A stretch of DNA of 64,000 bases, taken from assembly GCA_963663865.1 (NCBI GenBank), contig OY760686.1:2656001-2720000 (forward strand), in the 5' to 3' direction. Positions 1 through 9,535 of this stretch are shown here, one piece after another. This DNA comes from Spirochaetota bacterium (GTDB lineage: Bacteria; Spirochaetota; UBA4802; UBA5550). Under the pieces are notes generated by a model. The model was given only the letters and a program-made list of their open reading frames with translations, did no database searches and had not been told where the DNA came from. Within the stretch, counting starts at the first letter, position 1; each line of letters opens with the position of its first letter. The translations under genes were made by a program, and so were the position numbers.

Positions 1-752
1 CCTATCATGGTTCGCGCGATAATCAGGGACGGTCTGTCTTTGACAGCTTTTGCCTCGTTCAGAGCTTTTTCAATCTCATCAAAGTTATGTCCGTCAATCT
101 CAAGGACATGCCAGTTATACGATTCAAACTGAGTACGCACGCTGTGTGACATCGACATATCCGTGCTGCCCTCAATCGTTATGCTGTTTGAATCGTATAT
201 GTAAATGATATTACCGAGGCCCCAGTGCCCTGCCAATGCCGCGGCCTCGGAGGTAATTCCTTCCATAATACACCCGTCGCCGGCAATGGAGTATATATAG
301 TGATCGATAATAGGCTCTCCATCGCCGTTAAACTCATCGGCCAGCATTTTGGATGCAAGCGCCATGCCGATGCCGTTGGCGAATCCCTGCCCCAGCGGCC
401 CTGTTGTGGTTTCAATTCCGAGCCTGACATTGAATTCAGGATGTCCGGGAGTTTTGCTTCCCAACTGTCTGAATTTTTTAATATCTTCTATAGAATAGTC
501 ATATCCGGAGAAGTGAAGCATTGAATAGAGGAGCATGGTGCCGTGGCCGGCTGAGAGGATAAAACGGTCCCGGTTCATCCACTCCGGATCGTCGGGATTA
601 TATCTCATGACCTTTGTCCAGAGTACGGCGGCTATATCAGCGCATCCCATCGGCATTCCGGGGTGGCCCGACTTCGCCTTTTCAATGGCATCCATGGACA
701 GCGTACGGACAGTATCGGCTACAATTTTCAAATCACTATTGCTTATTGACAT
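1..752 (-). CDS. tkt: Transketolase, 5' part (runs off the window start)
   Basis: Manual reverse-strand translation from ATG at 752 gives MSISNSDLKIVADTVRTLSMDAIEKAKSGHPGMPMG...WMNRDRFILSAGHG, the hallmark transketolase N-terminal motifs. GGAG RBS upstream. Absent from the ORF track because it has no stop inside the window. Confidence 0.95.
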   Translation of the reverse strand, partial: MSISNSDLKIVADTVRTLSMDAIEKAKSGHPGMPMGCADIAAVLWTKVMRYNPDDPEWMNRDRFILSAGHGTMLLYSMLHFSGYDYSIEDIKKFRQLGSKTPGHPEFNVRLGIETTTGPLGQGFANGIGMALASKMLADEFNGDGEPIIDHYIYSIAGDGCIMEGITSEAAALAGHWGLGNIIYIYDSNSITIEGSTDMSMSHSVRTQFESYNWHVLEIDGHNFDEIEKALNEAKAVKDRPSLIIARTMI

Positions 753-1033
753 CACGTGCTCCAATAAAATGTATTGCTGCCTGATCCATTGAATAATTAA
801 CCGCAACCATTGCCATAATTGATTTGATTTCAGACAAACAAGGGTGAGTCCACAATTGTAAAGGCACTGTATTTTTCAATATTAATTCCGTATCAAGGCC
901 TAAAAGTTATAATAATACTGTCAAGCCCCCAGCGTAAACAGCCGAACTCCTTGCCGTCAGCCCGTTTCCTGCGGGTAAAATGATAAAAAACCGACCAGAA
1001 AGGTTAATCAGGAAACTAAACTTAAGCGTGTGG

Positions 1034-1648
1034 TCACAGAATGACATCAGCAATATATTCAGCCATCGATTCCGAGACTTTTTTTACATTCGCGACTATG
1101 TTTCCGTGGTCTGTGTCTTCGATAGTATCGCTGACCACCTTTACAAGCCGGGCCTCTTTTCCGTAGAGCACCGCTGCCAGCACAGCCCCATAGCCCTCCA
1201 TATCAACGATATCCGCTGATGAGGAGATTGCCTCCCGCCTCTCAGGCGTAACAGCTGGAACATCGACGGTTGCAAGAACAATCCCGGTGACCGTACTTTC
1301 TGAAGATAACAGGATCGCCCTTTCCCTGCCGCTGACCAGTGAAGGGCTGTCATAGTCGATCACCTTTAAAGGCTCGAAGATATCGCCAAGACTGTATTTT
1401 TTTTTAAGTGCTCCCGCTGCGCCCGCGTTCACAATGCGTCTTACGCCTGGGATTGAGGCAAGATATCCGGCGGCAATGGCGGATGGAGCTTTCCCTATTC
1501 CGGAGACTGCCGCAAGCACTGGGACATCATTACGTCCGTATATTTTAAACGGCTTCTCTTCACGAAGCTCAAGACGCATCTTCGATATGAAAGGTTTGGC
1601 CTCCATTAAAGTTGCGAACACAAAAGCGTCAATATCCCCCCGCTTCAT
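1034..1648 (-). CDS. MTA/SAH nucleosidase (PNP/UDP) family protein, probable (amino)futalosine hydrolase (MqnB-like)
   Basis: Motifs ATLME, SGIGKA, NAGAAGAL, VDMEG, KVVSD. Overlaps the mqnD stop by 4 nt. Confidence 0.7.
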   Translation of the reverse strand: MKRGDIDAFVFATLMEAKPFISKMRLELREEKPFKIYGRNDVPVLAAVSGIGKAPSAIAAGYLASIPGVRRIVNAGAAGALKKKYSLGDIFEPLKVIDYDSPSLVSGRERAILLSSESTVTGIVLATVDVPAVTPERREAISSSADIVDMEGYGAVLAAVLYGKEARLVKVVSDTIEDTDHGNIVANVKKVSESMAEYIADVIL

Positions 1649-2436
1649 AACAGTCCCCTTTCATTTGCCATACCTCTGAGAACCTCGACGGCTCTCTTCC
1701 CCTCGTCCCCAATGCCGACCGTATATCCGTTAACGTAGAGAGCAATGTGTGCTTCAACTACCGCTTTCTCCATTTCCGAAGCGTGTTCATGAACAAAGCC
1801 CGCGGAAGCTTCAGGATTGCTGAGCGCGTATTCAACGGAGTCTCTGACCGCCACCTCCGCCAATTCAGCTGCAGCTGCGCCCATTGACCTCCTGGCGGCT
1901 ATACAGCCCAGAGGTATGGGAAGTCCGGTCAGGCTTTCCCACCATTCACCAAGGTCAGCCTCGCAGGAGAGGCCGTATCGTTCGTATACGAAACGGCCCT
2001 CGTGAATTATTACTCCCGCCGAGTAGAGGCCGTCCCTGATTCCAGGCATAATCTGATCATATGGCACATTAACAGCCTTGAAGGGCTCCCTCATCCAGAG
2101 GCTAAGTAAAAGAGCCGCCGTCGTATGCGCGCCGGGAACGGCAATTGTACCCGCCCTGAAACCGCGGGGACCTGTAACCACAAGGGGCCCGCATCCCCTG
2201 CCGAGAGCGGCCCCGGCATTCAACATGGCATATTTTTTTTCAAGTTTGAACAGTGCTGGGAATGAAAGCTTGGTAATGTCGTTAAGACCGTCGAAGGCCT
2301 CACTGTTCAAGGTGTCTATTCCGGCTATTCTCAGCTTTAGTTTGACATCCGGTAGGGATACCAGGCCTGCAGCTAACGCGTGAAATATAAACGTGTCATT
2401 TGGACACGGAGAAAATGCGAGTTTTAATGTTTTCAA
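1645..2436 (-). CDS. mqnD: 1,4-dihydroxy-6-naphthoate synthase
   Basis: FSPCPNDTFIF, ALGRGCGPL, IIHEGRF, DLGEWW and LPIPLG motifs. Confidence 0.92.
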   Translation of the reverse strand: MKTLKLAFSPCPNDTFIFHALAAGLVSLPDVKLKLRIAGIDTLNSEAFDGLNDITKLSFPALFKLEKKYAMLNAGAALGRGCGPLVVTGPRGFRAGTIAVPGAHTTAALLLSLWMREPFKAVNVPYDQIMPGIRDGLYSAGVIIHEGRFVYERYGLSCEADLGEWWESLTGLPIPLGCIAARRSMGAAAAELAEVAVRDSVEYALSNPEASAGFVHEHASEMEKAVVEAHIALYVNGYTVGIGDEGKRAVEVLRGMANERGLL

Positions 2437-2837
2437 GAGGCCTCCTTTTATTTCAAAAGACTGTACATAATTTGATATCTTAGTCAGATTAAAAATAAAT
2501 TATTATACCAGTGCAGCTTCAACAACATCTTGTGCCGAATTGATATTATCATTACCACTGTTTCTGATCAACATGCGATCATAACTAACCAGGTTTTTCA
2601 TTACTACTCAATGTGTTTCGACTTTAATCTGATGATGCACACTTGCAACAATTATATAAATATCATAAGTGCACATTTACTGGCATCAGAAAATGATTAT
2701 AAATAAAACACATCCCTTTGCAGCAATTCGTTAGACCAGCTCTTTTTTTTAAAATATATATCGTACGAGATTTTGTTATACTTCTCGAAAAACGCCTTTA
2801 TCAGCGGCAAATGATATTATTTTAAACGGAGGATGAA

Positions 2838-4532
2838 ATGTTGAAAAAAATCACATTTTCTTTACTGGGAGTTATCTTTCTTTTTTCCGCGATTGGATGT
2901 TCCGATGACGACAAAGATCCGCTTGCCGATCAGCCCTCAGATCCTGTTTTCAGGAAAACGCTTTTTGGTATCGTACAGGGTTATGAGGATACTGAAAAGT
3001 CAGCATATGTGTGGAAGGGAGTCCCCTATGCCAAATCACCTGATGGCGACTTAAGATGGAAAGAACCCCAGGAAACAGAAAGCTGGGAAGGTAATCTTGA
3101 TGCTACTGACGATGGAACGTTAGCGGTTCAGCTTTCCAATGGAGAAATCATCGGAAGTGAAGACTGTCTGAACATGGACATATATCGTCCGGTTACCGCG
3201 GATAAGGGGCTGCCTGTTTTGGTCTACATACACGGCGGCAACAATCAGACCGGCAAATCAGGGGAAATACCCGGTTTCGCGATGGCAAATGAAGCAAACT
3301 GTGTTTACATCTCTCTAAACTACAGGCTTGGGGTCCTTGGCTTTAACTGTCTACCTGCGCTGAAAAACGGCAACAAATATGAAAATTCAGGCAACTTCGC
3401 TCTTCTTGACATGGCTTTCGCTCTGGACTGGATCAAGGATAACGTAAAAGCGTTTGGTGGAAATCCCGACAACATTACTATCAGCGGTTTTTCAGCAGGC
3501 GGACGTGACGTCATGGCGATGCTGACATCTCCGTTATTTTCAAAGAAATTTCATAAAGCCATCGCCTTCAGCGGCGGCATGACAATAGCCGACGAAGGTT
3601 TAAGTATCAAAGTTTACGCACAGAAACTTGCACCTCTTGTTGTGGAGGATGGAATTAAAGGTACTGAAGATGAGGCATACTCCTGGCTCATTTCTGACAA
3701 TTCCGAAGTGCGGGACTGGCTGTATAGCGTCAGCGCTGACAGACTGGCACGTCTGATGCCCAATGCTTCAATAAGAATGAGCGCCTTCCCTCACCTGTTC
3801 AACGATGGTGAAGTTATTCCTAAAGAGGCTTTTGACACGACAGATTTCAACAGCGTGCCGCTGATGATGGTTACTGGATCATGTGAGTTCTCCCTGTTCA
3901 GCCGATTTTCGCCATTTTTTATGGGTAAGGATCTAACAGCAGACCCCGGATTGTCTGAATTAAATTTTGTTTATAATTACGGCGGGAAGCTCTATGAACT
4001 ATTTAATGCAGAAGAATCGGCTCAGAGACTAAGTGCAGAATACGAAAACAGCATTTACACTACAACTATCACATTCGGAGACAACCCGGCAGTAACCCCT
4101 GGCATGATGATAAAAGCATTTCATGGGGTTTTCGTTCCAATGATTGATCCGTATAGCACGAACTATTCGTATTTCACAGGAGATTCATTCAATACAACCG
4201 GGGCAAAACAGATGTCTTCTTCGTTCCGAAGTTACATCAAGAACTTCATCTGGAACGGTAATCCTAATGGAAACGGTCTTGTCACATGGGATGAATGGAC
4301 TTCTGATTCAAACTCAAATAATACACTTATAATCAATGCGGACAGCGACAGTCAAATAATTGAGATGGCTAATCGCAGAATTGATTATGACGAGGTATTG
4401 AGCGAAATGGATGCTGACACAACAATTAGTGAAGCCTCAAAGGATACGATTGTATCCGAAGTCATGAACGGCAGATGGTTCAGCGAAAAACTGGACGCTC
4501 ACTACGAAAATACCAGCCTCTGGCCGAATTAA
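2838..4532 (+). CDS. Type-B carboxylesterase family lipoprotein
   Basis: Lipobox-like AIGC; WKGVPYA, SEDCLNMDIY, VYIHGG, NYRLG, FGGNPDNITISGFSAGG (GxSxG nucleophile); GGAGG RBS. Confidence 0.9.
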   Translation: MLKKITFSLLGVIFLFSAIGCSDDDKDPLADQPSDPVFRKTLFGIVQGYEDTEKSAYVWKGVPYAKSPDGDLRWKEPQETESWEGNLDATDDGTLAVQLSNGEIIGSEDCLNMDIYRPVTADKGLPVLVYIHGGNNQTGKSGEIPGFAMANEANCVYISLNYRLGVLGFNCLPALKNGNKYENSGNFALLDMAFALDWIKDNVKAFGGNPDNITISGFSAGGRDVMAMLTSPLFSKKFHKAIAFSGGMTIADEGLSIKVYAQKLAPLVVEDGIKGTEDEAYSWLISDNSEVRDWLYSVSADRLARLMPNASIRMSAFPHLFNDGEVIPKEAFDTTDFNSVPLMMVTGSCEFSLFSRFSPFFMGKDLTADPGLSELNFVYNYGGKLYELFNAEESAQRLSAEYENSIYTTTITFGDNPAVTPGMMIKAFHGVFVPMIDPYSTNYSYFTGDSFNTTGAKQMSSSFRSYIKNFIWNGNPNGNGLVTWDEWTSDSNSNNTLIINADSDSQIIEMANRRIDYDEVLSEMDADTTISEASKDTIVSEVMNGRWFSEKLDAHYENTSLWPN

Positions 4533-4554
4533 CATTATTGTCATTTTATACATA

Positions 4555-4593
4555 TTCATAAGACGGGAACATTGACCGTTCCCGTCTTATGAA
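4555..4593 (+). terminator. Hairpin terminator after the esterase gene
   Basis: Perfect 16-bp inverted repeat TTCATAAGACGGGAAC / GTTCCCGTCTTATGAA with a 7-nt loop, followed shortly by a T-run. Confidence 0.8.
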
Positions 4594-4603
4594 CAATTTT
4601 TCC

Positions 4604-4632
4604 TTGACCGCCTGCATTTTCAAATCTAATAT
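4604..4632 (+). promoter_or_regulatory. Putative sigma70 promoter
   Basis: TTGACC-N17-TAATAT upstream of the 4666 ORF. Confidence 0.4.
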
Positions 4633-4665
4633 AATATCATTATTAATAATTAATATGAGATACCA

Positions 4666-5838
4666 ATGAAAATATTACGCAATGCTTTTCTGTTTTTTTT
4701 CATAATTGCGATTTCAACCATATCGATTTATTACATTTACAAACATTATTCCATCAAGCATAGCACCATAAACAAGAAGATTCGCATTGCTGTTCTGAAT
4801 GATGTTTACTATACCAATAAAACAAGCAATGAAATTACTAATTCATTTTTTAAAATGTCAAATGATATCATTTCCTATGCAGCTAAAAGTCTCGAATGTG
4901 AAGTCGGCTTTTTCATTGTTCCTCCGGGCAAATCTGATATAGAAGAACAACTAACAAAAATCGTTAATGATTTTAGCCCTGATGGAATACTCATCGTCGG
5001 CGGAAGTATTTCAAGCAGCAAGATACTCGACGTTGCTGAAAAAATCAGAATTCCCGTTGTTTCATACAACACAAAGTTATATACAAATTCCAGCAATGAA
5101 TACCTACCCGGCATCAGTCACAAGTTCTGGATAGCACAAATAACACCCGATGATTTCCAGGCGGGCAAACTCCTTGCTGATGAGCTAATCACGAGAACTG
5201 AATCAGCGGGTGTTAGCCGTGTGAATCTGATAGCCTTTTCCGGCAGCTCAAGGGATAACGCATCCAAAGACAGACTTAGAGGGCTCCATAAATCACTGTC
5301 AGAACACAGCAAGTCGAATCTTTTACAAGTCTTTACCACAGAGTTTTACAACTACAATACCACTCGGGATAAATTTCATACAATCGTTAGAGAAAGGTTC
5401 CCCGATGTCAACACTGTATGGTGCGCAAATGATGTTATTGCTTCTGCTGTAGTTGATGAATGTATTTCACTTGGATTGATACCGGGAAAGGATATTCACA
5501 TCGGAGGAATTGACTGGCAAGCATGCGGACTAAACAATATAAAAAAAGGTCACATGGAACTGAGTGTTGGAGAGCACTTCATGGAAGGAGCCTGGGGGTT
5601 AATTATGCTTTTTGACTACCTCAACGGCAATATGCATGTACTAAAAGAAAGAAGCAGAAAATCAGAGAATTTCATCATCGCTGACAAAGGTAATATCAAC
5701 AAAGTTGTTAAATATATCGACAACCTTCTTTCTGACGGTTTCTCGTACCGACCTTTCTCTATGACATATAACTCATCTCAACAAAAATACCATTTCAGCA
5801 TAAAATCTGATTTATCAGATCACAATTTTACTCCATGA
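4666..5838 (+). CDS. Periplasmic binding protein type 1 (sugar-binding-like), membrane anchored
   Basis: N-terminal TM segment; ITPDDFQAG, ASKDRLRG, VWCANDVIA and IGGIDW motifs typical of type-1 PBPs. Confidence 0.75.
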   Translation: MKILRNAFLFFFIIAISTISIYYIYKHYSIKHSTINKKIRIAVLNDVYYTNKTSNEITNSFFKMSNDIISYAAKSLECEVGFFIVPPGKSDIEEQLTKIVNDFSPDGILIVGGSISSSKILDVAEKIRIPVVSYNTKLYTNSSNEYLPGISHKFWIAQITPDDFQAGKLLADELITRTESAGVSRVNLIAFSGSSRDNASKDRLRGLHKSLSEHSKSNLLQVFTTEFYNYNTTRDKFHTIVRERFPDVNTVWCANDVIASAVVDECISLGLIPGKDIHIGGIDWQACGLNNIKKGHMELSVGEHFMEGAWGLIMLFDYLNGNMHVLKERSRKSENFIIADKGNINKVVKYIDNLLSDGFSYRPFSMTYNSSQQKYHFSIKSDLSDHNFTP

Positions 5839-5859
5839 GGAATCATTGAGGATATCTAT

Positions 5860-7011
5860 TTGAACGTAAATATTAAGTTGTCAGTAAAGCATATTATTAT
5901 TTTAACTTTTTTTATCATCGCCGGTGTTACTTTTATTGTTTCTCTACACAACTTCAATAAGGATTCAAGAAAGCTCAAGGCCATGGGAGAAAATATCGCC
6001 TCAACTATTCTCTCGAATGCTGGAGATGGAATATTTGAAAACCCGGGTTTGTTAAAAGAACAGCTTGAAGTTTACAAAACAATTCCGAATATAATCCGCT
6101 TATCTGTCAGAGATAATGCCGGTCATTCACTGGCAGAAATTAAAGGAAATAGTGACTTCATTAACAGCGCTTCACTTGAAAAAAAAATATACTTATCTGG
6201 CAAAACAATAGGGTCCCTGTATATACTCCTTGGAGATACAGATTTATATAAAAAATATTATTCGAATTTCATGATAATGCATGAGATTGAAACTGAATAC
6301 CTCTGGGATTACAGCAAAAAAAACATCACTAAATCGCTACAATCATTTCTAAATAACAAAATGCTTCAAAATGTTGAAATCACCCTCCCTTCCAGCAATA
6401 GCTATGTCCAACTTAGTAATAAATCAAATGACGAGTATATCCTGCATCTTGAAAAGCCGATGGAAAAAAATGGTATTGTTTTAGGTACACTTAAGGCAGA
6501 TTATTCAAATCTCGAAAAAAAGCACACTTTTTATCTGACAATCATAAGCGCGGTAACCGCAATCATCTTCCTGTTGATTTTTATTATTATGTTGTATAAA
6601 AAACACAAATTAGATATTTCAAATATTATACTTAAAACAAATAACATCAGCAAAAGCAACCTTTCAGATGCAACAATAGAAAAAATCCAAAAGGCAATTC
6701 TCTATATTGAACAAAACTATAGACAGGACATCTCACGAGAAGGCCTGGCAAGATATGTAAGTTTGAACGTTGATAATTTCGGGCGTTATTTTAAGCAGTA
6801 CACCAACATCAGGATTAATGATTTCATCAATGAGCTGAGAATTAAAGAAGCAACCCATTTAATCGAATCAACAGATAGGAAAATTATTGATATAGCCTAT
6901 TCCGTCGGCTTCGAGAACATTGGTTCTTTCAATAGAGTTTTTTTGAAAATTAATAAATTTCCTCCGCGAAACTTAAGAAACAGGACCCACTCATGCAATA
7001 ACCGCGTATGA
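5860..7011 (+). CDS. Membrane-spanning AraC-family transcriptional regulator
   Basis: Two TM segments flank an extracytoplasmic domain. C-terminal AraC HTH: AILYIEQNY..ISREGLA..FGRYFKQ..IIDIAYSVGFENIGSFNRVF. Confidence 0.85.
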   Translation: MNVNIKLSVKHIIILTFFIIAGVTFIVSLHNFNKDSRKLKAMGENIASTILSNAGDGIFENPGLLKEQLEVYKTIPNIIRLSVRDNAGHSLAEIKGNSDFINSASLEKKIYLSGKTIGSLYILLGDTDLYKKYYSNFMIMHEIETEYLWDYSKKNITKSLQSFLNNKMLQNVEITLPSSNSYVQLSNKSNDEYILHLEKPMEKNGIVLGTLKADYSNLEKKHTFYLTIISAVTAIIFLLIFIIMLYKKHKLDISNIILKTNNISKSNLSDATIEKIQKAILYIEQNYRQDISREGLARYVSLNVDNFGRYFKQYTNIRINDFINELRIKEATHLIESTDRKIIDIAYSVGFENIGSFNRVFLKINKFPPRNLRNRTHSCNNRV

Positions 7012-7175
7012 ATAACTCGGCTACAACTTTGCCTCTACCCAATATTGTTCAAAAATAGGTTGACAACGTAAAAGATTTTTTAGTATTTTCTAAATAACTT
7101 CAGTAACATTTTTGTTGCTGTCGAATCTGATAAACAAAAGGTAAGCAGTGTTTTTACTGTAAAGAGAAGGTTTAA

Positions 7176-7700
7176 ATGTTAAAAAAATTATCAGTTATCA
7201 CTCTGACCGCGGCGGCCCTTTTGGTGCTTTCCTGCGGAAGTAAGCCGTCAAACGGCATATGGTACAGCTTCAAAGACGGTTTCAGGAAGGCTATTACCGA
7301 AAACAAAATCATGATGATTGACTTTTTCTCTGAAACCTGCCAGTACTGCAAGGTAATGGATTATGAGTCATTTTCTGATGACGGCATACTAAAAATTCTT
7401 GATGAAAGCTATGTTCCAGTCAGGGTTGATGTAGGAGATATGAACGCTGAGCCGGTAATAATAGCAGGTGAATACATGAGGCCTTTTCAGCTTGGCGAGT
7501 ATCTCGGCGTAAAGGGACTGCCATCTCTTGCTTTCATAGACAGCAACGGAAAGTTTCTTACTATGCTTCCGGGATATATTCCAGCTGAAACACTTAAAGG
7601 TATGCTGGGTTACATCGCGGATGGATGTCTTAGTTCGAAGGTACCTCTTGAGGATTACCTCAATGGAAGCGCCTCCTGCTCCAACAAAAAAGATATTTAA
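7176..7700 (+). CDS. Exported thioredoxin-fold lipoprotein (SoxW-like)
   Basis: Lipobox VLSC; IDFFSETCQYC (CxxC); GLPSLAF cis-Pro loop. Confidence 0.8.
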   Translation: MLKKLSVITLTAAALLVLSCGSKPSNGIWYSFKDGFRKAITENKIMMIDFFSETCQYCKVMDYESFSDDGILKILDESYVPVRVDVGDMNAEPVIIAGEYMRPFQLGEYLGVKGLPSLAFIDSNGKFLTMLPGYIPAETLKGMLGYIADGCLSSKVPLEDYLNGSASCSNKKDI

Positions 7701-7713
7701 CACAAAGGTAAAC

Positions 7714-8229
7714 ATGTCCCTGATTAAGTCCGTTTCATTATTTTTTATAACGCTGGCGCTGGCACTGATTCCGGTCACCAAAACCGGCTCCCTTTCCGCC
7801 GACGTCAAATGGTACGGTTTCAATCAGGGACTTGAACTTGCGGCATCTCAGAAGAAACCCGTGATGATTGACTTTTACGCCGACTGGTGCGGATGGTGCA
7901 AGGTTATGGACAGAAAAACCTTTGCTGATCCCAGTGTGGCTTCATATCTTAAGTCAAACTTTATTTCTGTGAGACTTGACGCTGACAATCCCTCAAGGTC
8001 AATATCATTCCGAGGAAGGGCCTTCAACGCCTCTGAGCTCCTAAACGCGAGTGGCGGAAGAGGGCTTCCGACCGTTCTGTTTATGGATCATAATGGAGAG
8101 CTTATTACAAGGCTTCCCGGCTTCGCGGAAAAAAATGTTTTTCTTCCGCTGCTTAAGTATGTCAAGACAGGAGACTACAAAAATGGAATCAGATTCGACC
8201 AGAGCTACATAGATTCCCGTCAGAGATAG
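7714..8229 (+). CDS. Exported thioredoxin-fold protein (SoxW-like)
   Basis: Signal peptide from ATG 7714 (AAGG RBS); IDFYADWCGWC; GLPTVLF; paralogous to the upstream gene. Confidence 0.82.
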   Translation: MSLIKSVSLFFITLALALIPVTKTGSLSADVKWYGFNQGLELAASQKKPVMIDFYADWCGWCKVMDRKTFADPSVASYLKSNFISVRLDADNPSRSISFRGRAFNASELLNASGGRGLPTVLFMDHNGELITRLPGFAEKNVFLPLLKYVKTGDYKNGIRFDQSYIDSRQR

Positions 8230-9110
8230 GCTAAAGAGCGGTAGACCGCCCTTTCCAGCAGCTGCAGTTCTTCGGAATGTACAGGCAGCTCAGTATCCAG
8301 GGCTGTATTCGTTTTAACTTTACGCAGCATTTCTTTCAGAAGATTCAAATCCTTTTTGTTGTTTATGACCTTCTGCTCAATCGCCGACCTTATCACTGAA
8401 AAGTTGTACTTTCTCAGGTTAACTCTGTAAAAAAATTCCACTCCATATATCTGCAGTGTTCTTTCGATGTTGGCAAGGGAAGCCCCTGACAGCTCTTGGC
8501 CCCTGGGTGTATCAAGCGCCCTGTTGCCGGATGCCTTTTCATTTTCAGTCTGTTTCGTGTCTTCTGCAGGCGCGGTTTGTTCAACAGTTTCATCTTCTAT
8601 CTCTTCAAGCAGCGAGTTAAGCAGTTCATCCTTGCGGCTTTCAGTGTATTCGTTAAAGTGCTTCTCAAGCGCTATCTCGAACTCTTCCAGCATAACAGAT
8701 ACGTTGAGCCGGAACCCCAGCATGGAACCGCTGTATTGGTGTGCCTTCGGAAGCAATTCCCGTATAACCTGATGTACCGGAACACGCTTTCCAAACTCAT
8801 CCTCGTAAAGATTCGTGAGCTCCATGTGAAATATACTCTTGAGTCTGCGAAGGGTTGAAAGGTCTGAATCAACATATCCTTCTACTCGCTTCAGTCCGCG
8901 GTTTCGGTCCTCTCTTACAACATCGAACACAAAAATTCTGTTAGTGTCTTTTAAAATCCTGATGCATCGTGCTATCTCATCATAAGAAAGCCCAATTCTG
9001 CTTTGCAGTACAGGAATAAATTCATCGGAACGCGCTATAGCATCCACGCTGTTCAGGGCGTTTTGGGATAGTATGGCCCTGAACACATCCATCACATGAT
9101 TTTTTAGCAT
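8220..9110 (-). CDS. Hypothetical protein
   Basis: 296-aa ORF with AGGTG RBS; no recognisable motif. Confidence 0.7.
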   Translation of the reverse strand: MLKNHVMDVFRAILSQNALNSVDAIARSDEFIPVLQSRIGLSYDEIARCIRILKDTNRIFVFDVVREDRNRGLKRVEGYVDSDLSTLRRLKSIFHMELTNLYEDEFGKRVPVHQVIRELLPKAHQYSGSMLGFRLNVSVMLEEFEIALEKHFNEYTESRKDELLNSLLEEIEDETVEQTAPAEDTKQTENEKASGNRALDTPRGQELSGASLANIERTLQIYGVEFFYRVNLRKYNFSVIRSAIEQKVINNKKDLNLLKEMLRKVKTNTALDTELPVHSEELQLLERAVYRSLAYL

Positions 9111-9535
9111 ATCACCTGCCCGAACTGATAAACGAAATTAATTTTATTCACCAAAAAGAAGACTGCCCCCTCTTCTGAACCGGACGCATATAATTGTTGT
9201 CACATCATCACAAAAAATAAAACTGAGCTCTGAATAACTGCTATCACGGCATACTTTTGTAAAAGATCAGGAATAATAGTTCAAGCTGATTTATTATTAT
9301 AACAAAAAAAATAATAATTCTTCGTCCATATAGATATACTAATTATTTCACGACATATATTTTACTCATACCGCGCAGGCAATACCGGCACCAGGCAATA
9401 ATACTGAAAATAAATTGACAAATTTTCATTAAAAAGCCCAGCCTATAACAGATCAGCTGCAAGTCACTGTTTATCAAGACTGGACTTCCGGCAAGGCACC
9501 GGCCGTCAGGGCAATTCCAATACAGGAGCAATCTA

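Noticed and set aside
179-792. Short ORFs listed in the track at the window start
   Set aside because: They overlap the real minus-strand transketolase frame
9470-9535. SAM-I riboswitch-like words (TTATCAAGA, CGGCAA, GCAATTCC) or an attenuator upstream of ilvB
   Set aside because: No P2/kink-turn region, no 3' P1 strand (GATAA), and no Ile/Leu/Val-rich leader peptide or terminator
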